Source of the DNA: Alphaproteobacteria bacterium
GTDB lineage: Bacteria > Pseudomonadota > Alphaproteobacteria > UBA7985
Assembly: GCA_965229645.1 (NCBI GenBank)
Contig: OZ245893.1
Location: 770,529 to 834,528 of the forward strand
Reading direction: 5' to 3'
Length of the DNA stretch: 64,000 nt
Part shown: positions 20,406 to 31,533 of the stretch, piece after piece
Position numbering within the stretch: position 1 is the first letter of the stretch
How the letters are laid out: every line of letters starts with the position of its first letter
The notes under the pieces: model-generated
The model's input: only the letters and a program-made list of their open reading frames with translations
Databases searched by the model: none
What the model was told of the DNA's origin: nothing
Position numbers and translations under genes: made by a program

Positions 20406-21038
20406 ATGACCCAGATCGCGTTTGACTCAAGCCTTCTTTCCCCCACGGCCGCCGTCGTGCCCAATGTCGTTGAGCGTACGAGCAACGGCAAGGAAGGTTA
20501 CGATATTTTCACCCGTTTGCTGATGGAACGGATCATTTTTTTGACGGGCCCGATCAACGATATGGTCTCCACGGCGGTTTGCGCCCAGCTTCTGTACCTG
20601 GAATCGCAAAATCCCAAAAAAGATATTATGCTCTATATCAACTCGCCTGGCGGTTCCGTTTCTGCGGGCCTTGCCATGTACGATACCATGCAGTTGGTGA
20701 AGGCCCCCGTAAATACTTTTTGCGTGGGACTTGCCGCGTCCGCGGGCTCCTTGCTGCTGATGGCGGGCACCAAAGGCAAGCGATTTGCCCTGCCGAACTC
20801 CAAAGTCATGATCCACCAGCCGTCCGCAGGCTTTCAAGGTCAGGCTTCGGACATTGAAATCCATGCCAAGGAAGTGTTGCGCACACGTGCGACCCTGAAC
20901 GAGCTTTATGCCCATCACACGGGGCGCAATTTGGACGAGGTGGAGCGCGGCATGGAACGGGACAACTTCATGACCCCGCAAGAGGCCCTAGACTTCGGAT
21001 TGGTCGATGAAATTTTGTCTTCCCGCGAGGCCCAATAA
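20406..21038 (+). CDS. clpP: ATP-dependent Clp protease proteolytic subunit
   Basis: Start MTQIAFD. Catalytic Ser context GLAASAGS and His context MIHQP. Confidence 0.9.
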   Translation: MTQIAFDSSLLSPTAAVVPNVVERTSNGKEGYDIFTRLLMERIIFLTGPINDMVSTAVCAQLLYLESQNPKKDIMLYINSPGGSVSAGLAMYDTMQLVKAPVNTFCVGLAASAGSLLLMAGTKGKRFALPNSKVMIHQPSAGFQGQASDIEIHAKEVLRTRATLNELYAHHTGRNLDEVERGMERDNFMTPQEALDFGLVDEILSSREAQ

Positions 21039-21054
21039 GGTCTAAGCCGCTCGA

Positions 21055-22299
21055 ATGAGTAAAGAAAAAACTGACGACAAGGGCACCCTTTACTGCTCAT
21101 TTTGTGGCAAGTCGCAGCACGATGTCCGAAAGTTGATTGCGGGACCCAACGTCTTCATTTGCGATGAATGCGTTGAGTTGTGCACTGAAATCATCCGCGA
21201 GGAAATCAAGGAAGCCGCCCTTGCCAGCAAGGATGGCGTCCCGTCCCCGCAAACAATCATGCAGACCTTGGACGATTTTGTCATTGGTCAGGCCCAGGCT
21301 AAGCGCATTCTGTCGGTGGCCGTGCATAACCACTACAAGCGTCTGAACCACGCCAAGGAAACAGGCGACGACGTCGAACTGTCCAAATCCAACATCCTGC
21401 TGGTCGGCCCCACGGGGTGCGGCAAGACCTTGCTGGCGCAAACTCTGGCGCGCATCATCGACGTGCCCTTCACCATGGCCGACGCGACCAGCCTCACCGA
21501 GGCGGGATACGTTGGCGAAGATGTCGAAAACATCATCCTAAAACTGCTGCAAGCCGCCGAGCACAATGTGGAGCGCGCCGAACGCGGTATCGTCTATATC
21601 GACGAGGTCGACAAGATCAGCCGAAAGTCCGACAACCCCTCGCTTACCCGCGATGTGTCAGGCGAAGGGGTACAACAGGCCCTTTTGAAGTTGATGGAGG
21701 GAACCGTCGCCTCGGTGCCCCCCCAAGGCGGCCGCAAACACCCACAACAAGAGTTCATCAACGTCGATACCTCCAACGTTCTGTTTATCTGCGGCGGGGC
21801 CTTTGCGGGGCTCGAAAAAATCATCTCCGACCGAGGTCAGGGCCAGGCTGTTGGCTTTGGCGCTGACGTGCGGGATGTCGATGAGCGCGGCGCGGGCCAG
21901 ATCCTCGCCGATGTTCAGCCCGAGGATTTGCAAAAATTCGGTCTGATCCCTGAATTTATCGGCCGTCTTCCTGTTGTTGCGACCTTGGAAGATCTGGATG
22001 AATCCGCCCTCGTGCGCATTCTGACCGAACCCAAAAACGCCTTGGTCAAACAATATGAGCGTTTGTTTGATATGGACGAAACCAGACTTAAGTTCACCAA
22101 AGAGGCCTTGTCCGCCATTGCCAAACGCGCCATCGCACGCAAAACGGGCGCGCGCGGCCTGCGCTCGATCATGGAGGCCATATTGCTCGATACCATGTTC
22201 GACCTGCCTGGGTACGAAAATGTCGAGGAAGTCGTTGTGAGCGCTGAAGTTGTCGATGGCGACGCTCAGCCACTCCTAGTACATAAGAAAGCTGCCTGA
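21055..22299 (+). CDS. clpX: ATP-dependent Clp protease ATP-binding subunit ClpX
   Basis: N-terminal zinc ribbon CSFCGK...CDEC. Walker A GPTGCGKT. Confidence 0.9.
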   Translation: MSKEKTDDKGTLYCSFCGKSQHDVRKLIAGPNVFICDECVELCTEIIREEIKEAALASKDGVPSPQTIMQTLDDFVIGQAQAKRILSVAVHNHYKRLNHAKETGDDVELSKSNILLVGPTGCGKTLLAQTLARIIDVPFTMADATSLTEAGYVGEDVENIILKLLQAAEHNVERAERGIVYIDEVDKISRKSDNPSLTRDVSGEGVQQALLKLMEGTVASVPPQGGRKHPQQEFINVDTSNVLFICGGAFAGLEKIISDRGQGQAVGFGADVRDVDERGAGQILADVQPEDLQKFGLIPEFIGRLPVVATLEDLDESALVRILTEPKNALVKQYERLFDMDETRLKFTKEALSAIAKRAIARKTGARGLRSIMEAILLDTMFDLPGYENVEEVVVSAEVVDGDAQPLLVHKKAA

Positions 22300-22400
22300 G
22301 GCCATTCAACCCTCCCCACTCACGCGCCGGGTGGCGTCAAGACAACAAGACAAGATCTAGGCCCCTTGCCTCGCCCCATAAACTCGCCTAGGCTGCGTGC

Positions 22401-23069
22401 ATGACCCGTCTTGTCGCTTGTTTGGTGTTCGCCCTGCTCCCTAGTGCCGCCTTAGCGATCGGTCATGGCGATCCTTTGGGCTCGGGGGAATCTTTTTTCG
22501 CGGGTCTGACCCATACCCTATTGGGGCTCGATCATTTAATTGCCATGATCGCCATTGGCTTGCTGTCGGCCCAAATCGGTCGCGCCGCTGTTATCCAGGT
22601 GCCGCTCGTCTTCGTGATTGCCCTCGTGATCGGCGGCTTTGTAGGCCTCGTTTTGGGCGTCGGCCCCATTCGTGAATGGCTCCTATCCACTTCTGAAGTT
22701 GTGATTATGCTCTCGGACCTCTTGCTGGTCCTAGCCATTATATGGATGGCTCCACACGAGAAGAGCTTCAACGCCGTGTCGCTTGTTGGTCTCTTTGTCG
22801 TGACCTTTGGCCTGTTTCACGGTTTTGCCCACGGCGGGGAAATTCCCGACGGCGCCATCGCCCTATTCTATGTTCTTGGGTTCGCCACCACGTCGCTTTC
22901 AATGCATATCCTGGGCCTGCTGATCGGGGAAATCGGTCAAGTGTTTCGCCAACCCCGCGTCGCACGTGGGGTGTTCGCCGCTGTTTTGCTTGGGGTCTCC
23001 ATCCATCTCCAAGTGGATTTTTGGAACGCGATCATGCCAGATTTCGTCCTCGAAATTTTCGAACTCTGA
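22401..23069 (+). CDS. HupE/UreJ family metal (Ni/Co) transporter
   Basis: 222 aa with about six TM segments. Conserved His motifs (LGLDHL, HGFAHG). Confidence 0.65.
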   Translation: MTRLVACLVFALLPSAALAIGHGDPLGSGESFFAGLTHTLLGLDHLIAMIAIGLLSAQIGRAAVIQVPLVFVIALVIGGFVGLVLGVGPIREWLLSTSEVVIMLSDLLLVLAIIWMAPHEKSFNAVSLVGLFVVTFGLFHGFAHGGEIPDGAIALFYVLGFATTSLSMHILGLLIGEIGQVFRQPRVARGVFAAVLLGVSIHLQVDFWNAIMPDFVLEIFEL

Positions 23070-23271
23070 CCCTGTTTTGACGCCTGTCGATGAGATAAGA
23101 CCAGCGGCCATAGCACACGGCATTGACGCGTCGGAATAGACCTGCTTCGCGATTAGGTGATTTTCTTTGCGGTGGTCCAATTTTCGTGATTTTGCGCTTG
23201 TGATGAAAGCTCTGAAAGTCCGTAAGCGTCCGCTCTGGAAGCCCTCAATTTTGCGGTTTTTAATGACGCTC

Positions 23272-24720
23272 TCAATGCAGTGTTCTGATGGCATGAGACA
23301 AAGATCGGTAGCGCGCCAAAGCGTCTTGATAGGCTGCGGCGAATTCTGCGCGCGGGGAGATGGTCCGAAGGTTTTGCGGCAAGGGGCTGGCCTCGACTAT
23401 GTTCTGTATCGTCGCACCCGCTTCGGCAGCGTAGGCGAGCCGTGCCGCGCCTAAGGCCGCGGCATGGTCCGACAGCGGGTTCAACCTTAGGGGGTGTTGC
23501 AAGACATCGACAAGAGTTTGCACCCAAAACGGGGATCGCGCCCCGCCCCCGACGGCGGTGAGCTGATCCAGGTTCGCCCCAGCCTTCTTTAGCGCATCGG
23601 CGCAATCGGCGAGGCTGTAGGCGACACCTTCCATCACCGCCTGGGTCAGATGACGAAAGCCGTGCGTGCGGCCCAGACCAATGAACGCGCCTGCAGGCAT
23701 GTTCAGGTTATGGGGCGTTCGCTCGCCCAGGAGGTAAGGCAGGTAGATCAAATCGCCTGGCCCACGGCTACGTTGGGGTAAGAGACTTGCCAAGTCAGCG
23801 CTGTCCTTGCCAAGCGCGTCGGCAAGCCATGTCAAACTATCCGTGGCGGCGAGGGTCACACCCATTTGGATAAAGCTGCCGGCAACAGCGTGATTGAAAC
23901 TATGGACCGCCGTTTCCGCCTTGGGCATCCAGGAGTCGTTGACCGCCAAGACAACGCCCGAGGTACCCAAGGAAATCTGGCCCTGACCGTCGCGGACCGC
24001 GCCAATCCCAAGGCTCGCCGCCGCGTTGTCCCCTGCCCCGCCCGCGACCAGACAGGTAGGATTGAGCCCGAATTCCGCAGCAACTGCGGGAGCGACCCGC
24101 CCTCGCACCTCGTCGCTTCGCACCAGGGGAGGCAATAGGCCCTGGGGGAGCGCCGCAGCGTCGCAAAGGGCTGCACTCCAACGCGACGCCGCGCAGTCGA
24201 ATAGGGCGGAGCCCGCGGCGTCCGAAGGTTCGCTATGCTGCAAACCCGTGAGCCAAAAAGCGAGGTAATCCTTTGGAAACAAGACCGAAGCGGCGCGAGA
24301 CCAGGCTTCAGGTTCTTCGTCACGGACCCAGGCCAGCTTGGAGGCTGAGAAACCTGGGAACACCATGGTTCCCGTCGTGCCCCTGAACAGGGGGTTTGCA
24401 TCGAGCTGGGCCGCCTGCACCCTTGCCCGGGTATCGTTCCAAAGCAAGCACGGACGCACGACCTGTCCCTGGCTGTCGAGCAGAACAACCCCGTGCATAT
24501 GCCCCGAGATGGCGAGGGACTTGAGCGATGGGAGGCGTCTCGCGATTTTTTTGAAGACAGCCCGTAGGGCCTGGATCCAATCGACTGGGTTCTGCTCGCA
24601 CCAGCCATCTCGAAGACGCGACACCTTGAGCGGCACCGTTGCCACGTCCAAAATCTCGTGCTGATCGTTGATCAGCAAGGCTTTGAGACCCGAGGTTCCG
24701 AGATCTAAGCCGAGGTACAT
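23272..24720 (-). CDS. FGGY-family carbohydrate kinase (xylulokinase-like)
   Basis: N-terminal LGLDLGTSGLKA, typical of the FGGY N-domain. 482 aa. Confidence 0.7.
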   Translation of the reverse strand: MYLGLDLGTSGLKALLINDQHEILDVATVPLKVSRLRDGWCEQNPVDWIQALRAVFKKIARRLPSLKSLAISGHMHGVVLLDSQGQVVRPCLLWNDTRARVQAAQLDANPLFRGTTGTMVFPGFSASKLAWVRDEEPEAWSRAASVLFPKDYLAFWLTGLQHSEPSDAAGSALFDCAASRWSAALCDAAALPQGLLPPLVRSDEVRGRVAPAVAAEFGLNPTCLVAGGAGDNAAASLGIGAVRDGQGQISLGTSGVVLAVNDSWMPKAETAVHSFNHAVAGSFIQMGVTLAATDSLTWLADALGKDSADLASLLPQRSRGPGDLIYLPYLLGERTPHNLNMPAGAFIGLGRTHGFRHLTQAVMEGVAYSLADCADALKKAGANLDQLTAVGGGARSPFWVQTLVDVLQHPLRLNPLSDHAAALGAARLAYAAEAGATIQNIVEASPLPQNLRTISPRAEFAAAYQDALARYRSLSHAIRTLH

Positions 24721-24765
24721 ACGACCGCCATAGCCCCACCCCGAAGTTTGGGCGCGACGCCCCGA

Positions 24766-25950
24766 TCAAGCCTCGGGCGCGTCATATAGCTCCGCCAAAA
24801 TCTCCGCCTCGTGCTCGCCGAACAGGGGTGGCGGGCAGTCGTAGGTGACGGGGGTTTTGGAGAATTTGAGCGGGTTCCCGATCAACGGGATCTGGCCGCT
24901 GGCGACGTGGGGGCTGGGGACTTGGGGGTGCATGTTGCGGGCGCTGACTTGGTCGCTGGCGAAAACTTGCGCCAGATTGTTGACGGGGCCTGCGGGGACG
25001 CCGATGGCTTCTAGGCTTTCGACCACGGCGTCGGTGGTCAGGCCGCCGACGGTTTTGGCGATGGCGGGGATCAAGTGATCGCGGTGCTTTAGGCGTGCGG
25101 GGTTGGTGGCGAATTGAGGGTCGCTGGCCCAGTCCTCCTGCCCCAGCCAAGTCGCGAAACGGGCGAATTGGCGATCATTGCCAACGGCGATGACCACGTG
25201 CCCGTCGGCGGTGTCAAACACCTCGTAGGGCACGATGCTCGGGTGGGCATTGCCGCGCCGGGGCGGGACTTGGCCCGTGACCAGATGGGCGCTGCCTTGG
25301 TTGATGAGCCAGGCGATTTGGGTATCGACCAGGGCCAGGTCCAGATGCTGCCCCTGCCCTGTCTGGGTGCGATGGTGCAGGGCCGCCAGGATGCCGCTGG
25401 CCGCGTAGAGGCCGCACACCACATCGGCGACCGCGACCCCGACTTTCATGGGTTGGCCCTCAGGGGTTCCTGTCAAGGACATGAGCCCGCCGTAGGCTTG
25501 CGCCATCAGGTCATAACCCGGTTTGGCGGCGTTGGGGCCCGTTTGACCAAAGCCCGTGATGGAACAGTATAGGAGCGCGGGGTTGAGCGCGCTCAGGCTG
25601 TCGTAGTCCAACCCGTAAGCAGCGAGGCCCCCGACCTTGAAATTTTCGACCAAGATGTCGCTGTGCTTTGCCAGTTGGCGCACGATCCGTTGGCCTTCCT
25701 CAGTTGTCAAGTCGAGCGGCAACGAGCGTTTGCCGCGATTGGCGCTGACGAAGTAGGCGCTTAGGTCCTGACCGCCATCGACCTGTTCCAGGAACGGCGG
25801 CCCCCAGGTGCGCGTGTCGTCGCCACGCGTTTTCGGGTTTTCGACCTTGATCACGTCGGCGCCCAGGTCGGCGAGCAGTTGCGTGCAGCTAGGCCCTGCC
25901 AAAATGCGCGAAAGGTCGAGGACGCGCAGCCCCGTCAAAGGTCCTGCCAT
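24766..25950 (-). CDS. CoA-transferase family III protein (CaiB/BaiF-like)
   Basis: N-terminal LTGLRVLDLSRILAGPSCTQLLADLGADVIKVE signature. Confidence 0.75.
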   Translation of the reverse strand: MAGPLTGLRVLDLSRILAGPSCTQLLADLGADVIKVENPKTRGDDTRTWGPPFLEQVDGGQDLSAYFVSANRGKRSLPLDLTTEEGQRIVRQLAKHSDILVENFKVGGLAAYGLDYDSLSALNPALLYCSITGFGQTGPNAAKPGYDLMAQAYGGLMSLTGTPEGQPMKVGVAVADVVCGLYAASGILAALHHRTQTGQGQHLDLALVDTQIAWLINQGSAHLVTGQVPPRRGNAHPSIVPYEVFDTADGHVVIAVGNDRQFARFATWLGQEDWASDPQFATNPARLKHRDHLIPAIAKTVGGLTTDAVVESLEAIGVPAGPVNNLAQVFASDQVSARNMHPQVPSPHVASGQIPLIGNPLKFSKTPVTYDCPPPLFGEHEAEILAELYDAPEA

Positions 25951-25963
25951 CCGTCAATCCCTA

Positions 25964-26160
25964 ATACCAACGGCCAAAAAAGTTGACACTTTTTTGTCCG
26001 TTTTGTGTCTCACGGCAGAAACGCTTCGCGTTTCGCCTCCGACGGGGCCTTCGCTTATACCCCGAGGCGCTTTCGCGCTATTCTCGGGGCCGCTACGGGG
26101 GCCGCAGTCGCGGCCCTTATGCCAGCGACTAAAAGAGTCATTCTCATTCGCCGCTGGTAT
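25964..26160 (+). repeat. MITE-like structured repeat, copy B
   Basis: ATACCAACGGCC...GCCGCTGGTAT with the same internal hairpins as copy A. Begins 14 bp upstream of the CoA-transferase start codon. Confidence 0.75.
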
Positions 26161-26199
26161 ATGAGGTGTTGCCCTGCAATCCAAGCCTTGTCCAAGCCC

Positions 26200-27549
26200 T
26201 CAAAACTCTGCGCCCGCGCGCCGTTCCTTCCACCGCAGAAAGGTATTGGCGCCCAAGTTGGCTAAGGACTTGGGGGGCAAGCGGCGCAGGTCTGTTTGCT
26301 CGACCTGCAGGGCGGCGAGGTCGTCGCTGAGACGGCCTGCGACCCGATCCGCCGCCGCTAGACCTAGCAAGGTGCCCTTGGTGACGCCGATGCCCAGCTG
26401 ACAGCAGGCGGAAACGAGGCCTGGTTCCAACTCGGCGAAGCCTTGCCGATTGTTCCAGGAAAGGCAGAGACGCCCGCCCCAGCGGTGCGCCATCTTGACC
26501 TCGGGCAGCATGGGAAACCGCGCCCGAAACGAGCGATCGTGGGCGGCATAGACCGACCGCAAGGCAGCGCCTGAACTGACCATCGACTGGCGCAGCCGAA
26601 AGGTGTTGCGCACCACCAGGCGATCACCGTTGATCCCCGTGATCCGACGCAAGGTCGAGCCCATGGGGTCGGCGGGGGTACAGCCCCATTTGGGGTGGCC
26701 GCCCAAGCGCGCCTGTTCTGCCGCGCTCAAGGGTCGCGTCATGGAAGCGTAAGTGAAGATGTGCATGAGGCGGCCCGTGAAGTAGCCAAACTTTTCCGCC
26801 ATGCCGTTGACGGCCAGGATCACGTAGCCCGCGCTGACCGCGCCTTGGTCGGTTTCCGCCCGCCATGCTGCGCCTTGGCGCTGCAAGGCTCGCACGGGCG
26901 AGCGTTCGTGGAGCTGCGCCGTCGTCGCGACCGCCTTGCCCAATTCGCGGATGTAGAGCGCGGGCTGCAGCATGACCGCCCCTGGGGTATAGAGGCCCTC
27001 CAGATAAAAATCCGTGCCCGTTAGCGCGCGCATGGCCTCGGCGTCCAGGCGTTCGCTCGCCTCGCCCAAACGGGTCAAGTGCGCCGCGTAGGCGGCGTTG
27101 TGCGCCGCGCCCGTGGGCGTTGCTGCGGCGTTGATTTTGCCGCTCGGGTCAAAGGCCTCGCCGAGGTATCCAAACTCCGCCGCAGTTTCGTAGGCAAAGG
27201 CGATAGCTTGGCGGTTGAGCTTGATTTGGGCCTGGTCGGCCGCCACCTTGCCGCCGTAGTCGCTGGAGCTAAGGTCGTGGGGCAGATCGACCATGAAGCC
27301 CGAGTTGCGCCCAGCGGGTCCCTCGGCCAAGACGCGCGCTTCTAAGACCCGCACCTTAAGGTGCGGCGCTTGCACGGCCAAGCGCCGCGCCGCCGTCAGG
27401 CCCGCGAAGCCCGCGCCGATGATCAGGACATCGCAGGTCGCTTCGCCCGCCAGTTGCGGGTAGGACGGCCCTGGCGGCAGGATGGCGTTCCAAGCGGCAG
27501 GGCCTGGGTCGCCTGCGATGAACTCGATGGGGCGGGCGCTCGCGGTCAC
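26200..27549 (-). CDS. FAD-dependent oxidoreductase (DadA/HypO-like amino-acid or amine dehydrogenase)
   Basis: VLIIGAGFAGLTAARRL dinucleotide-binding motif. 449 aa. Confidence 0.65.
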   Translation of the reverse strand: MTASARPIEFIAGDPGPAAWNAILPPGPSYPQLAGEATCDVLIIGAGFAGLTAARRLAVQAPHLKVRVLEARVLAEGPAGRNSGFMVDLPHDLSSSDYGGKVAADQAQIKLNRQAIAFAYETAAEFGYLGEAFDPSGKINAAATPTGAAHNAAYAAHLTRLGEASERLDAEAMRALTGTDFYLEGLYTPGAVMLQPALYIRELGKAVATTAQLHERSPVRALQRQGAAWRAETDQGAVSAGYVILAVNGMAEKFGYFTGRLMHIFTYASMTRPLSAAEQARLGGHPKWGCTPADPMGSTLRRITGINGDRLVVRNTFRLRQSMVSSGAALRSVYAAHDRSFRARFPMLPEVKMAHRWGGRLCLSWNNRQGFAELEPGLVSACCQLGIGVTKGTLLGLAAADRVAGRLSDDLAALQVEQTDLRRLPPKSLANLGANTFLRWKERRAGAEF

Positions 27550-27553
27550 CGCG

Positions 27554-29053
27554 CTAGGCCACCTCGTCCCCCGTGCGGTCGCTCAGGTCAACCCAAATGG
27601 TCTTGGTTTCGCAATACTGGTCGTGGGCCTGCAGGGACTTGTCCCGTCCCCAGAACCCTGATTGTTTATAGCCGCCGAAGGGCGTTGTGATGTCCCCTTC
27701 GCCGTAGCAATTCACCGTCACTGTCCCCGCCCGCACCGCGCGCGCGGCGCGCAGGGCGGTCTTGATGTTGGCCGAGAATACCGAGGCGGCCAGGCCATAG
27801 TCGGTCTGGTTGGCGATCTGGAGCGCTTCGTCGGTGGACTGAACCTCAATAACCGCCAGGACCGGCCCAAACACTTCGGCCTGGGCCAGCGGATCGTCGG
27901 CCTTGACCCCGTCGATCAGGGTCGGGGTGATAAAGCATCCATCGCGTTCTTCGCCGCACAGGCGCGTGCCCGTGGCCGAGCTAATCGCTGCGGTGACCTT
28001 GGCGAAATGGTCGGCGTCGATCAGGGCACCCAGGGCATTGGCGGGGTCGAGGGGGTCGCCCGTGCGCCAGTCGCGTAAGCGCGCCGCGACGCGATCCAAC
28101 AGGTCTTGCTTGCGCGCGCGGTGGACGATCAGGCGGGACGCCGCCGAACAGTTTTCGCCCATGTTCCAAAAGGCCGCGTTCACCACGTGCTCGGCCACCA
28201 GATCCAATTGCTCGGCGTCTTCCAAAACCAGCAGCGGGTTTTTGCCGCCGCATTCCAGGGCGATGTTCTTTAAGTTGGAGTCGGCGGCGTACCTTAGGAA
28301 CCGACGGCCCGTTTCGGTCGAACCCGTGAAGCCGATCATGTCGATGCCTGGATGCAAGCCCATGGGCTGCCCGACGCTGGGACCATCGCCGACCAGAACA
28401 TTCAAGACGCCTAGGGGAACCCCTGCCTCCATAGCCAACTCGGCGACGCGCAGGGCCGTTAGGCTGGTTTGTTCGGCAGGCTTGACGATCAGGGAATTGC
28501 CCGCCGCCAGCGCTGGCCCCAGCTTCCAGGCCAGCATGAGCAAAGGGAAATTCCAGGGCAGCACGAGGCCTACGACCCCGACGGGCTCGCGGACGATGAA
28601 CGATAAGGCCTCATCCCCCACGGGCGCGGTTTGATCGTAGATCTTGTCGATGGCTTCGGCGTGCCACTTGATCGTCGTGATGGCCTCGGGGATGTCGATG
28701 CGTTCGCAGTCGGCGATGGGCTTGCCCGAATCGAGGCTTTCCATCACGGCCAGTTCGCGGCGGTTGCGCTGCATGAGCTTGGCCAGTTTGATCAGGGTTT
28801 CCTTGCGCTCGGCAGGCGCGCGCAGCGCCCAGCGCCCGTCGTCAAAGGCCTCGCGCGCCTTCTGCACGGCAAAATCAACGTCGCGGGCGTCGGCCGCCGA
28901 CAAGTGGGTAAGTACCTGCCCCGTCGCGGGATTGAGGGTCGGCAGATCGCCGCCCGCGCCTTTGCGGAAGCTGCCGTCGATAAAGGAACAGCGCGGCAGG
29001 GTAAGACCGCCGGCCAGCGCGCCGTATTCTTCGCGTGTTAAGAGATCGGTCAT
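27554..29053 (-). CDS. NAD(P)-dependent aldehyde dehydrogenase
   Basis: 499 aa. ALDH catalytic Cys context (ENCSAASR-like) and Glu motif. Confidence 0.8.
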   Translation of the reverse strand: MTDLLTREEYGALAGGLTLPRCSFIDGSFRKGAGGDLPTLNPATGQVLTHLSAADARDVDFAVQKAREAFDDGRWALRAPAERKETLIKLAKLMQRNRRELAVMESLDSGKPIADCERIDIPEAITTIKWHAEAIDKIYDQTAPVGDEALSFIVREPVGVVGLVLPWNFPLLMLAWKLGPALAAGNSLIVKPAEQTSLTALRVAELAMEAGVPLGVLNVLVGDGPSVGQPMGLHPGIDMIGFTGSTETGRRFLRYAADSNLKNIALECGGKNPLLVLEDAEQLDLVAEHVVNAAFWNMGENCSAASRLIVHRARKQDLLDRVAARLRDWRTGDPLDPANALGALIDADHFAKVTAAISSATGTRLCGEERDGCFITPTLIDGVKADDPLAQAEVFGPVLAVIEVQSTDEALQIANQTDYGLAASVFSANIKTALRAARAVRAGTVTVNCYGEGDITTPFGGYKQSGFWGRDKSLQAHDQYCETKTIWVDLSDRTGDEVA

Positions 29054-29973
29054 GCGCCGCCCCCTCCTCTCTGTTCTGCTGAAATCGTGGCGACGGCCCG
29101 ATCCATGACTTCAAGGGTCATGGCCAGTTCGCGTTTTTCGTCTTTGTTAAGCGGGCGCAAGGGATAGCGCGGCGGTCCGACGGGAAGCCCGCGCAGGGTC
29201 AGCCCGTACTTGATACACTGCACGAACTTGCCGCCCTGCTCCAAGACCCGCATCAGCGGCATCATAGCGGACATGAGGCGCCGCCCGCGGTCAAAATCGC
29301 CCTCAACGACGCAGGCCTGGTAGAGCGCCAGGTGCGCCTCGGGAGCAAAATTGGAACCCGCGCAGACCCAGGAGCGCGCGCCCCAGGCGAAGAATTCCAG
29401 CGCCTGATCGTCCATGCCGCACGACAGTTGGATGTGGTGGTAGTCGCGCGCCAGCAGGTGCACGCGGTTGATGTCGCCGCTCGATTCCTTGATGGCGCAA
29501 AAATTGGGGCTGCGCCCGACCCGATCCAAGTAGGTTTGGTCCATCTCGGCGGCCATGCGGCCTGGATAGTTGTAGAGCATGATCGGCAAGTTGGCGGCCC
29601 GATCGATGGCGAGGGCGTGCAGCGCGTTTTCGCGGCCCGTCGGCACGCCGTAGGGCGGCGTTGCAATCAAAATCGCGTCGGCACCGATCGCCTTGGCCCG
29701 TTCGGCGTAGAGGATCGATTCCTCGGTGCGCATGGCCCCCGTGCCGACGATCAGCGGCAGGCGGCCCTTGATCAGGTCCTTGGCTAGGGCCATGAGCGCC
29801 AGGCGTTCTTCGGGGGTTTGCACATAGTACTCGCCCGTCGTGCCCGCGACGATCAGGCCCTGGACGCCGCGCTCAATCAGATGGTCGATGACGACCGCGA
29901 ACCGATCCTGGTCGATGGAAAAATCCTCCCCGTAGGGGGTCACAACGGGGGTATAGATGCCCTCAAACTTCAT
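29050..29973 (-). CDS. DapA-family (dihydrodipicolinate synthase/N-acetylneuraminate lyase-like) Schiff-base enzyme
   Basis: TPYGEDFSIDQDRF...GLIVAGTTGEY N-terminal signature. 307 aa. Confidence 0.75.
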   Translation of the reverse strand: MKFEGIYTPVVTPYGEDFSIDQDRFAVVIDHLIERGVQGLIVAGTTGEYYVQTPEERLALMALAKDLIKGRLPLIVGTGAMRTEESILYAERAKAIGADAILIATPPYGVPTGRENALHALAIDRAANLPIMLYNYPGRMAAEMDQTYLDRVGRSPNFCAIKESSGDINRVHLLARDYHHIQLSCGMDDQALEFFAWGARSWVCAGSNFAPEAHLALYQACVVEGDFDRGRRLMSAMMPLMRVLEQGGKFVQCIKYGLTLRGLPVGPPRYPLRPLNKDEKRELAMTLEVMDRAVATISAEQRGGGGA

Positions 29974-29985
29974 TGGATCCTCTCC

Positions 29986-31533
29986 CTAATAGGTTTGGTT
30001 CAACCAGTCACCAGCAGGAATTTCCCGCTCCCGCCGCGCGATGTAGTCGCGCAAGGCCTCGTCCGTGGCTGGGTCGAGCTTTGGTTCCTCATAGTCTTGC
30101 AACAGTTTTTTGGCGCGGGCAAGGGCGCGGTCTTTGGTCGTCAACTCCCCTTCGGCGATCCATTGTTCGATGGAATTGTTGTCGAACAGGTCGGGCATGA
30201 AGAAGGCTTGCTGGAACTTCTCCATCGTATGGGGATGGCCCAGGTAGTGCCCGCCAGGGCCGACATCGGCGACGGCCTTGAGCGCCTCGTCAAAATCGGA
30301 CCAATCAATGCCCTGGGCCATGCGATAGCCCATGGCGCACTGTTCGGCATCGACGATAAATTTGGCCATGGAACAGTGCATCCCCGCCTCGTTCCACCCC
30401 GCCGAATGCCAAACGTAGTTGGCGCCAGCCATGAGGACGGCCATGAGCGTCGTCGCGCTCTCGTAGCCTGCCTGGGCATCAAAAACTTTCGCCCCGCCCA
30501 AGGTGTTGGAGGTGCGCCAGGGGACGTCGTAGAACCGCGCCATTTGCCCGATCATGAAGTTCATGAGGCTGATCTCGGGCGTCCCTGCCATGGGCGCGCC
30601 CGATTTCATATTCACCGTCGAGAGATAGTGCCCATAGATGGCGGGCGCGCCCTTGCGGATCACTTGGGTATAGGCGAGCGCGCTCAAGGCCTCGGCGTTC
30701 AGTTGCGCCACCGCGGGGGCCACGCCCGCCGGGGTATTGGCGCCGCCGAGCACGAAGGGTGAGCAGAGGACGGGCTGGTTGCGCTTGCAGAACGCGCGCA
30801 TGGCCCCGAGCATGGTCTCGTCCCAGACCAGCGGGCTGTTGCCGTTGCAGTTGCCCGTGCAGACAGGGTGGGTTTCCAAATAGGCCTCCCCGAACAAGAC
30901 CGCGCACATGGCCATGACATCTTCGGCATTTTTGGGCGAGGTGGTCATGCCCATGAAGGTCTTGTCGGAATACTTCATGGAGGAATAGGTGATGCGCAGG
31001 TGCCGTTGGCTGATCGGGTGGTCGCCCGGTTCGACGATATGGTGGGCGCTGGAATGGAGCGCGGGCAGCATGTGGCTCAATTTGTGAAAATTCGCCAAGT
31101 CGTCCAAGGTCGGTTCGCGCCGCCGATCCTCCAAATCGCGCAAGTAGGGCGCGCCGGTCATGGGGACAAACATGGCCCGATCACCGCCGAACGGCAGGTT
31201 CTTGGCGGGATTGCGTGCATGGTAAGTAAAGCTCGAGGGAATGGTGGCGATCAACTCGCGTACCAATCCGCGGTCCAGATAGACCAACTCCCCCACCACC
31301 TTGGCCCCTGCCTGGCGCCAATCGGCCAGGGCGATGGGATCGCGGAATTGGACGCCGACGTTTTCCAAGATGTCCATGCTGGCCGCATCGAGGCGGGCGA
31401 TCTGCTCGGCGTCCATGGGTTCGGTCAGGGGCAAGCGCCGTTTGAGCGCGGGCAGCATGGCCGTGTCCGTAACCTGGCGCGCGGCCTTGCGTGCCCCACG
31501 CCCGCGTCGTTCTGTTCCCACCGCCTCAACCAT
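29986..31533 (-). CDS. MttB-superfamily methyltransferase (non-pyrrolysine homolog; quaternary amine:corrinoid methyltransferase candidate)
   Basis: 515-aa TIM-barrel family member with no in-frame amber codon. Neighbours suit betaine or methylated amino acid catabolism. Confidence 0.65.
   Translation of the reverse strand: MVEAVGTERRGRGARKAARQVTDTAMLPALKRRLPLTEPMDAEQIARLDAASMDILENVGVQFRDPIALADWRQAGAKVVGELVYLDRGLVRELIATIPSSFTYHARNPAKNLPFGGDRAMFVPMTGAPYLRDLEDRRREPTLDDLANFHKLSHMLPALHSSAHHIVEPGDHPISQRHLRITYSSMKYSDKTFMGMTTSPKNAEDVMAMCAVLFGEAYLETHPVCTGNCNGNSPLVWDETMLGAMRAFCKRNQPVLCSPFVLGGANTPAGVAPAVAQLNAEALSALAYTQVIRKGAPAIYGHYLSTVNMKSGAPMAGTPEISLMNFMIGQMARFYDVPWRTSNTLGGAKVFDAQAGYESATTLMAVLMAGANYVWHSAGWNEAGMHCSMAKFIVDAEQCAMGYRMAQGIDWSDFDEALKAVADVGPGGHYLGHPHTMEKFQQAFFMPDLFDNNSIEQWIAEGELTTKDRALARAKKLLQDYEEPKLDPATDEALRDYIARREREIPAGDWLNQTY

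Noticed and set aside
22300-22400. Cobalamin or nickel riboswitch upstream of the HupE/UreJ transporter
   Set aside because: Only ~100 bp of leader; no B12-box or recognisable riboswitch core seen.
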